Positions 10,964-21,111 of a DNA stretch of 64,000 bases are shown here, one piece after another. This DNA comes from Williopsis jadinii (Eukaryota). Location of the stretch: positions 310,001 through 374,000 of the forward strand of contig AP024668.1 in the NCBI GenBank assembly GCA_024346625.1, given 5' to 3'. Made by a program: the position numbers and the translations under genes. Within the stretch, counting starts at the first letter, position 1, and each line of letters begins with the position of its first letter. The notes below the pieces were generated by a model, which saw nothing but the letters and a program-made list of their open reading frames with translations, did no database searches and had not been told where the DNA came from.

Positions 10964-12292
10964 TCAACAATCACACGCCAATGCACCCATTGGATCCCAC
11001 AATGGCAACTCAATAGGTGTTGTGTCCAGCAGATGAGCATACTCCTCAATCTCGTCTTTATCAACAACAATTTGATAGCACCACTGCTCAAAGTACTCCT
11101 GGGTCATGATGAAGTACCCATCAAAGCCATTGTCCTTGCCCCATGAGTTCTCAACCCTGTATCTGTTTGGCTTACCGTCCTCCCCAATGTTCACTCCAGT
11201 TATCAACATCGCGTGGGTCATCAACGACTCACCATACTTCACTCTCGAGGCCTTCGGTTGGTTCTGCTTGAATCCAAGAGCTTCGGAGTACTTGAAGAAC
11301 TCAATGTCCATGATTCCCTTCTTGCGGTGCATGTACTTTGGCGTGTGAGAGCCAAAGAACACAGGCTTGTTGGACTTGATACGCTTGACAACCAACGAGG
11401 TCAACACCTCGTTGGAGAGGTTCAAGTACAACACCTCACGGCCGCCGGCAACGTTGTTCAGGTCCTTCACCTTCACCATGGTCTCATACGGGTTTCTTGG
11501 GTCGTTGATGATCGAGACGGCATTGGCATAGTCAAAGTCAACGTACTCCTTATAGAACTGCACTGGAGTCGAGGTGATCTTGTGGTACTTCTTATCCTTG
11601 TCATAGTACTCCCAGGTGAACTCCTCGTCAGGCTTTGGAGGCGTCCCGAGGAACACAGTCATGATCTTGTACACCTCTTTAACCATTTGATCCTTTAGAG
11701 GCACAACATCTTCACCTTTGGCTTTGGCGTCTCTCAGCACCTCAGCAAACTCACGAAGCTTGGATTTGAGCAGCTCGTTCAGCTTGGCTGAGCTGGTGGA
11801 TGTGAACACATCTGGGTACACGTCCAGAGGAACAACGGCAACCTTCTCCAGCAGGTTCTGAACCATCGTGAACTGACCACCATCACATGTTGGGTCCAGC
11901 AGCAACGCCTGCACCAGTCTGGAACCAACGTCTTCCTCCCAGGTGTCGATGATCTTCTCCAGGAAGTAGTTGCACTTCTCCAGCTTGTCGTAGAAGAAGA
12001 GATAGCTCTGCGACAGCTGGAACTCCTTGAGCTCCAGCTTCTGCGCCACGGTACGACGAAGCATGTTTGTTGTGGCAAACAGCCAGCAACGGCCACTGGA
12101 CTTCTGATTGGTGATTGGTGCGCCTTCAGGGTCGATCACATGTGAGAACACATTGGGATACTTGGAGGATGAGCCAATCAAGAGGTCCTGAGCAGCTTGT
12201 TGCTGTAGCACTGTGGACGCCAACTTATGGGTCGGATCATCGCCAAACTCCGCATCCCACGCTTTCAAGTCCTTGATGTTTACGGCAGCCAT
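10964..12292 (-). CDS. LAP3: Bleomycin hydrolase / cysteine aminopeptidase (peptidase C1B)
   Basis: NQKSSGRCWLFA (catalytic Cys), MTHAM (His), RVENSWG (Asn), C-terminal WDPMGALA; start at MAAVNIKD. Confidence 0.96.
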   Translation of the reverse strand: MAAVNIKDLKAWDAEFGDDPTHKLASTVLQQQAAQDLLIGSSSKYPNVFSHVIDPEGAPITNQKSSGRCWLFATTNMLRRTVAQKLELKEFQLSQSYLFFYDKLEKCNYFLEKIIDTWEEDVGSRLVQALLLDPTCDGGQFTMVQNLLEKVAVVPLDVYPDVFTSTSSAKLNELLKSKLREFAEVLRDAKAKGEDVVPLKDQMVKEVYKIMTVFLGTPPKPDEEFTWEYYDKDKKYHKITSTPVQFYKEYVDFDYANAVSIINDPRNPYETMVKVKDLNNVAGGREVLYLNLSNEVLTSLVVKRIKSNKPVFFGSHTPKYMHRKKGIMDIEFFKYSEALGFKQNQPKASRVKYGESLMTHAMLITGVNIGEDGKPNRYRVENSWGKDNGFDGYFIMTQEYFEQWCYQIVVDKDEIEEYAHLLDTTPIELPLWDPMGALACDC

Positions 12293-12699
12293 CGTCTTGT
12301 CCTTGGTGATAGTTAAGTATTCTGTATAGCCAGGTGTCTCCTCAATTGAGATGACCATGAAACTGCTCTGATGGAGGGTTAGAAAGGAGAGGAAGACATG
12401 GTTTCCGTGCAACAGGACAGCGGAGGTGTTAAATAGTGCAGAGCCCGGTGATAAGGACTCTTTGGGATGTGACGAAATAGCGCCGTATACGCCCAATTGG
12501 ACGCTGGACGGGGAGATCGACACATTGCCTCTTCACAGTGGCACTCAATTGGCGTAGCTGTCCCCAGAGTGCGTGGTTGATGGTTATACGCAGCTTCCCA
12601 TGCTGTGCTTTATACACAGCATGAAGCGTGCTGTAGCTACACAAGGCATTATTATCAACACATTCAAATTCGTTAGCTGAGAATTACGGAGATGGACGC

Positions 12700-14286
12700 C
12701 TACGCGGTCTCAACGTGCTCCACAGAAGGTCTTGTCTTCTTGACAGTCACCACAGAGTTATCAACATGCTCAATGGTGTCACCAAACACCTCTGCGACTT
12801 CCTCTAAGGAACGGCCGGAGGTTTCCGGGTAGAACAGCACCACGGTGACAACCTCGACGGCCAGGACACAGCAGTAGACGATGTAGTACTTCCATTCGAT
12901 CGCATCCATCGCAATAGGGTTGACAAACGAGTTATATACAAGCACGATCTGCATCCAGAACTGGAAGATGTTGATTCCCTTAGCCCTGTGGGAGTATGGC
13001 AAGATCTCGGTGATGTAGAGGTATGGAAGTCCGTTAAGGCCGATGTCATAGGCGAAATAGTATAGGAAGATCATTGCCAGAACACCATTGGAGAGACCTT
13101 TATCTTCAAAGTTCCGCTGCTGGTTGATGGCAGACAACACCGTCCAGATGATGTAGCACACGAGCATGCCTCCCAAACTCGAGATGAACATGGTTCTTCT
13201 CTTGAAGAGTCCTGATACTGAGCAGAACACAACAGAGACCACCAGGTTGAACAGCATAAGACACAGGTTGATGAGAAGCTGTCTGGAAGTCTCGGTGATA
13301 CCAATGGAGTTCAACACTTTGTTCAGGTAGTACGACACCAGCCCATTCCCTGATAATTGCATCATTGTTGATGTGAAGACAACCAGGAACAATCTCTTTC
13401 TATAGCCTCTCTTGTTCAAGAAGTCAAGATAGCTTGCATTGGCACCAGCTTCCTTCTCGGCTTCCAAACCTGCCTGTATCTCAGTAACTTCAAATCTAAC
13501 AAGCTCAACATCCTTTGCATCGGTTGAGTTGCCAGTGTGTATTCTGCTCAGAATGTCTTCAGCTCTATCGACTTTACCTCTTGCAACCAAATAACGAGGA
13601 GACTCAGGAACCCACCATAGCATCGCAAGCTGGACTAAAGGGAAGAAGCCTTGCAGATAAGATGGGATTCTCCAGGAGTAGCTCGATTCGATGGTTCTCG
13701 TGAAATAGGTGACAATTGCAGCAATCAATGCTCCGAGATACCAGCATAGGTTATAGGCGAAGGTGCACACCTCTCTGTGCTTTGGATAGGCAATCTCAGA
13801 GATCAAAGTTGGACAGCCAACAGTTGCAGTAGCAGAACCAAGTCCAATGATGAAACGAGAGGCAAAGAAGAAGCCGTAACTGTTCGACACACCTTGTAAT
13901 ATAGCCCCGATCAAAGCGACGGTTTGACCTGTGACAATGACGAACTTTCTACCATATCTGTCACAGAGATATGGAGCAAAGAAGAACACACCCATGGAAC
14001 CAAAGATGGGTGCTGCACTCAAGGCACCTAGACGGTCACCTGTTGGATACCCCATGTATCTCTGCCAGTAGTCAAGGGACTGTAAACCGTTAAGCATAGA
14101 GCCATCGAACCCGTTGTTCGTTGATGTTAGGGTGATGACAAAGACATGGAAGCAGAGTGTACGTAGATGTGGTACTCTATACCAAGGTCTTGTTTCATGG
14201 ATATAGTCGTTGATGTTGTTCTTCTCTTCCAATTGAAGAGAATTGGAGTTTGTGATTACCTCCTTTGTGATAGAATCAGAGGACAT
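12700..14286 (-). CDS. MFS sugar porter (lactose/cellodextrin/hexose permease-like)
   Basis: NGFDGSMLNGLQ, DRYGRK, PESPRYL, QLSGNGLVSYY and PETSGRSLEEV signatures; many hydrophobic segments. Confidence 0.92.
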   Translation of the reverse strand: MSSDSITKEVITNSNSLQLEEKNNINDYIHETRPWYRVPHLRTLCFHVFVITLTSTNNGFDGSMLNGLQSLDYWQRYMGYPTGDRLGALSAAPIFGSMGVFFFAPYLCDRYGRKFVIVTGQTVALIGAILQGVSNSYGFFFASRFIIGLGSATATVGCPTLISEIAYPKHREVCTFAYNLCWYLGALIAAIVTYFTRTIESSYSWRIPSYLQGFFPLVQLAMLWWVPESPRYLVARGKVDRAEDILSRIHTGNSTDAKDVELVRFEVTEIQAGLEAEKEAGANASYLDFLNKRGYRKRLFLVVFTSTMMQLSGNGLVSYYLNKVLNSIGITETSRQLLINLCLMLFNLVVSVVFCSVSGLFKRRTMFISSLGGMLVCYIIWTVLSAINQQRNFEDKGLSNGVLAMIFLYYFAYDIGLNGLPYLYITEILPYSHRAKGINIFQFWMQIVLVYNSFVNPIAMDAIEWKYYIVYCCVLAVEVVTVVLFYPETSGRSLEEVAEVFGDTIEHVDNSVVTVKKTRPSVEHVETA

Positions 14287-15489
14287 CTTTGTTGTTTGAT
14301 AGTGGAGTGGAAGTAGACTACCTGATTGAGGACAAAGAGCTCCAGCAGGTTTTATATTCAAATTCTGGAGCCGGAGGGAGGTGATCTCTTGGTGTGGAAT
14401 GACACTGGACGGACCTTAGTGAAAGTCACAGTCGAACGAGGGGTGTACTTGCGTGTCTGCCTGCAACAGTTTCTGCATATCGTCTTGATGCACAAGGAGT
14501 ACTGCATCACCCCGACTTTCAACGGCAGGAAACAAATTTGTTGGATGTCAGCACGACATTTGAGGGGTGTGGAAAGAAGTGAGAAGGACAAATATCCGTC
14601 CCAAGGCGTGTTTGCTTGATATAACTCCTCTAGTAGAGCTGAAAGAGCCAATTATATTGTCATCTTGGTGGAAAGCTGCAACGTTTTGAACTACGAGCCG
14701 GAGGAGGAAACACATATGACATTTTTACATTACAGTGGAACTAAAAGAATTACACAGCTATAGACGGGGAAAACAGTACAGTGACATTGTAAGCTAGAGA
14801 GTACCAATGTATGAACTGCTCAACTGCACGATTATTACGAGAATTTGAACAGAGTGCAGAATTAAGTAATCTGGGGTGTTTTAAGAGCCGGACAAGAAAT
14901 AAGAATAGGCTATTTTGGTGGAGCTCTTGCAGTACTAAAGGAGCTTATCATCTTGGAAGGAAGAGAACACCAGGGGAGACCCAAACAGTTTATTGCCAGC
15001 AGTCTCTCCATCCTTAATCACCAATATAATCTTGATGTTTCAATCGTAAGACAATGATTGACTCATTGCCTGTCGGAGTTTTTCCACCATTTAGCTTTAA
15101 GGTTTTTCTGGGGTGCGTCACATGGAACAAATTTCGGAAGAACTGTTTTCATTAGTTCATTTAACCGCAGGTTTAGCGCACTCCACCAGAGGAATCATAC
15201 ATGCTGTTGAGTTGTGGTCAAAGCGATGCAGATAAGCCACGTTGTGGGTGATGCCGGATCAATGGGATGACTGCTGACTCGTTGGCCACGATGTCACAGT
15301 GTTTCTCCGCTTCCAACAAAGTCATAGGTTACAGGTCCAATTCAGAGGGTTGTGCTTCATTGAGTAGAGAGCCGTAAAAAAGAATGACGACCCACATTGA
15401 AAAGGTTCGCTGAGGGTTTCAGAAATGGTGTGTATTCTCAAAGATGGCTTAGCATGTTGCCAAGCGGAGTTAGTGGGATGTGGTTGAGG

Positions 15490-16890
15490 TGAAATTCACC
15501 TCCTGTTCAAAAGCCTTTGCAACCTGTTCCAATATGCAACCAGAAGTTTCTAGAGAGAGCAGTATGACAATGAGAGCTTATACAGTGAGAGCTTATCCTG
15601 CGAGAACACAGCACTGGGCAGTGGAGTGTCTCCAATTGATGGCATCCAAGTTAGTAGCATTGACAAGGGCATTATAAAGTGGGAGTACTTTTGTCCAGCC
15701 GTGAGGTGCTGGTGCCCTTGACCTTTTGAGAATGTGACAGTGTTTCAGCGATGTGTAAGTATGGTAGTCCTTTAAGACCGATATAATAACGTGATATGGA
15801 AAAATCATTGACAATACACCAATTGATAAGCTTTGACTCTCATAGTTTCTCTACGGTGTAATTTCGGAAAGTATAGCTCAATAATAAGACGTAAAGGCAT
15901 ACCTAGGGTGCTTGTTATGAAGAGTGTGATTCTCTTGAAGAACACAGGGAGAGAACAGCAAGAGGTTGAAACAACCAAGTTATCGAACAACAGTTGATTG
16001 ATAGTGGCTTCAGATTATCATCGACTCCAATGGAGTTTAACACCAATTTGGGGTAATATGACAATACATTACCCGCAAGTTGTGTCATGGTTGCGGTGCA
16101 AAGAACAAGGAATAACCTCTTTCTATAATTCATTTTCTCTGTAAAGTTCAGATAACTTGATGAAGACTCAGAATGTTGATACATCTACAGCCCAATATGG
16201 ATCTCTCTTGTCTCCAATTGGATAGATTCAACGTCTCTGAGATCTGTGGAGCCTCCAATATGGGGTTTTGTCAGTAGAGCTTCCGCTTTTAAGGGTTTAC
16301 GTTTAGCAACCAAAAGTAGTGAAGATTGCCGGACCCACCTAAGAAAGCTGAGTTAAACAAGAGGGAAGAAACCCGGCCAGAATGATATGGTTCCTCAAGT
16401 ATTAAAGCCTATGAAATCTCTTATGAAATGAATAACAACATGTGCTATAGGAGAACGTACTAGCTTGTCTTATGTGTAGGATAGGCAGTCTCAGAGATCA
16501 ACGTTGGACTTGCAATACCTGCTAAATTGAGATTCAATGGCAAAACTTGAAACAAAATAGAGTCCGTAATCACTCGAAACACCTCGTAGCACTGCCCCTA
16601 TAACCGTAATGTTATCACCTATGATAGCCACTGGTATCCTACCAGATTTATCACGAAGATACTGAGCAAACAAGAAAACAATAATCCCACCAAATGTTGG
16701 TCGAGAGCTCAATGCACCCAGCACATTACCAGTGGGCTCAGAGTAAAAGATATAGAAATAGAATATATGTTTCACCAAGTGTGAGACCCTATACCACGGT
16801 CTGGTCTCGTGGATATGATCCTTAGTGGCTTCTCCTTCTTCCGCTCCAAAAATCGAAGTTATATTTGTAGTTTCAGATTGAATAACCTTA
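15490..16890 (-). pseudogene. Decayed tandem paralogue of the adjacent sugar porter
   Basis: Fragments in different frames match the intact gene: HIHETRPWYRVSHL, PTGNVLGALSSRPTFGG...DKSGR, YRKRLFLVLCTATMTQLAGN.LSYY.KLVLNSIGV, LYNALVN...LDAINWRH, LETSGCILEQVAKAF. Stops, frameshifts and a ~30-codon deletion; boundaries approximate. Confidence 0.9.
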
Positions 16891-17951
16891 CTAGAATAGA
16901 ACTTCAGTGAGACAATCGTTGTCTGAGACGAAGGAAGGTCATCTTGTGAAGAGCCTCACGATTGAGACCTCCTTTACAAAAGTAAATCTCTCGAAGAATG
17001 ACCATCGCTCAAAAGGTAAGTGGACGCTAAGTTCCTCTATTAGTGCTCCTCACTCCATATATGGACTCTCCTTGAATCATTTACTTTGTGCTAAACATGA
17101 AACTAACCCTCAGAGGGCCAACCGGTGTCTTTCACAGAAGCGTGGAGCTTAACCACAACCGTAAACATGTTCTATAGACTCTAAGTAACTTCAATTAATG
17201 AATCTTTTGAACTACTCAGCCAAATGGTATGATACAAATTCGCTAGCAAAAAAACATACACACAGAATTTGTTTAGCTTAGGAAAGTGTCATAAGTCAAT
17301 ATATAGAACAAGTAGTCTAACTACCTCTATCATATATGCCTTGAAGCATTGGATCCTCGAACCTTGGTTGGTATTCAGTACATTGATTCCCTCAAAAAGA
17401 GAATTAATCCCAAGAGCCACGGGACTTCAATTGTATAACTAGGAATAATCCAGTCCCTTTTTAAGCCTCTTGTCAATACGCTTACAATCTTCATCCTCAT
17501 CTGAATTGACCCACTCTTTATGAATGACTCCAGATACATTAGTCCTGAAAAGGATAGCCATAGATCAGCAAAGTGTATAGCACCACTACATACAAAATAC
17601 ACGGTGAAGTCCTCATTCAGCGACGGCTCTTAATATAAACATGAAACATTCAATGGACTTCACCACCACACTCTCCTTATAAGTATCTACAACAAGGACT
17701 TTGATAACCCATCAAACATCACAATCCACCAGTAATAGAAAGCGCTTATGACCAATCGGGTAATTAAACCCATGGTTCCCCCAGCAACGGGAACAAAAAT
17801 TCCGGTGCATGTTGCCCCAACCCAAAACTGAAATTTCTCCGAGAGCTTGCCATCCAGTAATAATGTCTTGTTTAATCAGCAACTTATTCCTTCTGACTAC
17901 AGCTCTGATCGCAGGATCTCGAAGAAGGCTTCGTTTCAGAAGAGGATAATA

Positions 17952-19493
17952 ATGAGTGCTTTACTCTCGGAGTCTGATTTGAACGATTTCATCAGTCCTG
18001 GGCTGGCATGTATCAAGCCTGCTGGAGAGGTACGGGCATCGAGCAATGGCGATAAGAGCGAGTATGAGATCCAGATTAACGGACAAGGTGAGGCATTTGA
18101 GGTCTCAATCGATGATGGTACCACACAAGAGTTGACACAGGCAAGCATTTCATTACAGGACTGTTTGGCGTGCAGTGGGTGCATCACCTCTGCTGAAGAG
18201 GTGCTGTTGGCGAAGCAGACGCACAAAGTGCTGTTGGAAGATTTGTCCAAGTTTGCCAATTCCAAGGTCTTTGCATTTAGCATATCGCACCAATCAAGGT
18301 GCTCATTGGCTTCCTTTTGGGGCTTGCCCACGTACAAAGTTGATGAGTTGTTGATAAACTTGATGAGTGAGAAGTATGGGTTCAAGTTTGCTGTGGGGAC
18401 GGAACTTGGTAGGGTGATGAGTATCCAACGTACCAACGAGGAGCTTATTCAAAGGAAGTTCTCTTCTTCAGAAAAGTCTGTCCAGCTGTCAAGCATATGC
18501 CCCGGGTTTGTACTGTACGTTGAGAAGACCAAACCTGAGATCTTGCCCTACATGCTCAACGTGAAGTCTCCTCAGCAGATTACGGGCTTAACCTTGAAGA
18601 CATTAATATCACAACAGATGAGTATATCACTAGAGGAAGTGTACCACCTTTCCATTATGCCATGCTTTGACAAGAAGCTGGAAGCTGCAAGACCTGAAGA
18701 TGCCGTTGACGTTGACTGTGTGCTTACACCGAAAGAGATTGCAGAGCTGATCAAGGAGGAGGAAATCAACATTAAGGACTATATCACAACGAAGGATGAG
18801 CCACCTAATGAGCTTTATACCCGAGCAGCACCTTATCATTGGCCATCTCCTGTTGAATCGTGGAGTTCAAACGTGGGTTCACCATCTGGTGGGTACGCAG
18901 AGAACTATATCATTGCTCTACAGAGGCATTACAGGACCAAGGGCGTTGAAACAGAGATACAGCACATTTCTGGTAAGAACAGCGATGTCTTGGAGTTTCG
19001 ACTCGTTGAAACGTCCACCGGCGAGAAGCTAGGCTCGAGTTCCATTGTGAATGGGTTCAGAAATATCCAGAACCTGGTTAGAAAGCTGAAACCTAGTGGT
19101 AAAGTAAAGATTGGATCAGGCTTAGCTGCTCGCCGTAGAGCTAGAAAGACTGCTAATGCTGGCAGCGATGCTAAGGACGAACCGGTAGCAGATCCGAGTG
19201 TGGGTGATTTTGTCGAAGTCATGGCCTGTCCCGGTGGTTGTATCAATGGAGGAGGCATCAACAACGGTGGTAACACTACGGATAATAAGAAGCTCATCAA
19301 CGAACTAACAGAGATCTATGAACAGTTACCCTTGATTCAAGAGCTGAACACCACTTCCGATAACGGCATTGTATCTGAGTTCTTGAACCAATTGCAAAGG
19401 TCATTTGAAATCACAGACGATAGAATGTTCAAGTACAAGTTCAGTGCGATTGAGAAGGCTACGGACATCCTGAGCGTTGGTAGCAAATGGTGA
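17952..19493 (+). CDS. NAR1: Cytosolic Fe-S cluster assembly factor (Fe-only hydrogenase-like)
   Basis: MSALLSESDLNDFISPGLACIKP, SLQDCLACSGCITSAE, SICPG, MPCFDKKLEA, EVMACPGGCINGGG, terminal W. Confidence 0.96.
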   Translation: MSALLSESDLNDFISPGLACIKPAGEVRASSNGDKSEYEIQINGQGEAFEVSIDDGTTQELTQASISLQDCLACSGCITSAEEVLLAKQTHKVLLEDLSKFANSKVFAFSISHQSRCSLASFWGLPTYKVDELLINLMSEKYGFKFAVGTELGRVMSIQRTNEELIQRKFSSSEKSVQLSSICPGFVLYVEKTKPEILPYMLNVKSPQQITGLTLKTLISQQMSISLEEVYHLSIMPCFDKKLEAARPEDAVDVDCVLTPKEIAELIKEEEINIKDYITTKDEPPNELYTRAAPYHWPSPVESWSSNVGSPSGGYAENYIIALQRHYRTKGVETEIQHISGKNSDVLEFRLVETSTGEKLGSSSIVNGFRNIQNLVRKLKPSGKVKIGSGLAARRRARKTANAGSDAKDEPVADPSVGDFVEVMACPGGCINGGGINNGGNTTDNKKLINELTEIYEQLPLIQELNTTSDNGIVSEFLNQLQRSFEITDDRMFKYKFSAIEKATDILSVGSKW

Positions 19494-19730
19494 AGTCATC
19501 GTCTGTATAGTCTTTGCAATTAATGACCCAAATAGGAAATAGACCAAATGGGGAATACTAAAATAAGAAATGACTCAAATAGGAAATACACCCAATTCGG
19601 AAACACAATCTGCCAATGAAAATCACGGCAAACCTCGCGATATTTACACACTGGGCAAATGGCAGATTCTGTCCCACACTTACATGAACAAACAGTGAAG
19701 AGTAAACAAAGACGCAGTATCTCAGCTGAA

Positions 19731-19790
19731 GAGGCAGATAGAGCCAGACAGAGCCAGACAGAGCCAGACAGAGCCAGACAGAGCCAGACA
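19731..19790. repeat. 10-bp tandem repeat (GAGCCAGACA) x5 perfect plus one degenerate copy
   Basis: Read directly; ends 13 bp before the ATG at 19804. Confidence 0.95.
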
Positions 19791-19803
19791 GCAAGTACGT
19801 GCC

Positions 19804-20764
19804 ATGTCTGAAGCCACAAATCACGGCGTGAAGAAGTGCACTCGGTGTAGGGTTAAACGGGTACTGGAGACTGATGAGCAGTTGAAGACGTACAAGACAT
19901 GTCTGAATTGTAGAGAGAAGCGGAAAGTTACCGCGCAGAAGCTAGTTGAAAAGTGAGGATCCTGGTCACTCTATCGCAATCTGATACTAACTCGTTGATA
20001 GGACCTTGCCTACTGAATATGAGACCTTTGAAAGCTTCCTGTCCAAGGTCAAATTGAACACAGTTGAGAATATTGACGATCTTCGGTACCTTGGTTTGAC
20101 TGACCCCGCCAAGTTTGCTCGTTACTCAACAGACGACCCCATTCCTAAGGAAGTGTACCAGCTGTACTCGAAGAGCCTCATAGAGTTCTACATCAAGCCT
20201 ATCATAGAGCAAACCGGGTTCAAGTTCGTCGTCAGAGACTTCCGCAAAGGCGGGCGCAGGACGAAGAAGATCAACTTCCAGTTCATATGTTCTCAAGACC
20301 GCTCGAAGCAGCGGAAATCCCGATCCAACAACCAGAGGAGGATACAGAACAGGCTCAAGGTGCAGGACTGCGACTCGAGGATCAACCTCAAGTACTCGAT
20401 GACGAATGGACAAGTGAGCATCTCATTTACACACCGGACCCACGTCCCATACGAAGCGAGACACCAGACACCACCGGACATCCCCACTGGCCACGTCCAC
20501 GATGCGGTGAAGAGCGAGCCAAACGGACAAGATGGGCTGGAGTTCAACTCACTACAGCGTCTGGCTCATTACAACAGTCAATTCCACCATCACAGCGACG
20601 ATAGCACCACCAGCACCAGCATCAGCACTACTCACACAACCGACTCCACCACGGCACAAGAGGCCGTGGCAATCGCCACGCAGAAACTGAGCGAGGACAA
20701 GATGGAGGACAAGATGGAGAACATCGACAAGGAGCTGATTGGACTGCAACAAGGCTCTATATAG
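19804..20764 (+). CDS. Two-exon putative DNA-binding protein (exons 19804-19952 and 20002-20764): N-terminal CxxC...CxxC Zn finger plus WRKY/GCM1-like C-C-H-H domain
   Basis: Exon 1 MSEATNHGVKKCTRCRVKR...KTCLNCREKRK splices in frame to the 252-aa ORF, which contains GFKFVVRD...FICSQD...DCDSRINL...ISFTHRTH. Confidence 0.75.
19953..20001 (+). other. Spliceosomal intron, 49 nt
   Basis: GTGAGG donor, TACTAAC at 19985-19991, TAG acceptor; removal joins AA|G in frame and removes a TGA. Confidence 0.8.
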
Positions 20765-20831
20765 CAGCTTTAACCCATTACTCCCCAACTAGGCCAACTC
20801 TCTGCGTGTAAAACCCCGGCCCGTTAGCCCA

Positions 20832-21027
20832 CCGCCTACGCGGGAGACGTCAGTCTACGCGGGCGGCGCCAGCCTAGACGAGCGGTGCCAGCGTAGACGG
20901 GCGGTGTCAGCCTACGCCAACAACCCCAGCCTACGCCCGCAACCTCAGCCTACGCCGACAGCGTCAGTGTCAGCCTACGCCGACAACCTCAGCCTACACC
21001 GACAGCCTCCGTCTACGCCTACGCAGA
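20832..21027. repeat. Degenerate 19-bp minisatellite, 10 units, core CAGCCTACGC
   Basis: Units start at 20832, 20851, 20870, 20889, 20908, 20927, 20946, 20971 (after a 6-bp insertion), 20990 and 21009. Confidence 0.85.
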
Positions 21028-21111
21028 CAACTCTTTTTGTGGCCCCTCCGCCCGCCGCTACCACGCACACCGCTCCATCACGCACTGAAAGCAACATTAC
21101 TACTCACACCA

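Noticed and set aside
20832..21027. CRISPR-like appearance (constant core plus variable part)
   Set aside because: Eukaryotic context, 19-bp total period, variable halves related to each other, no cas genes
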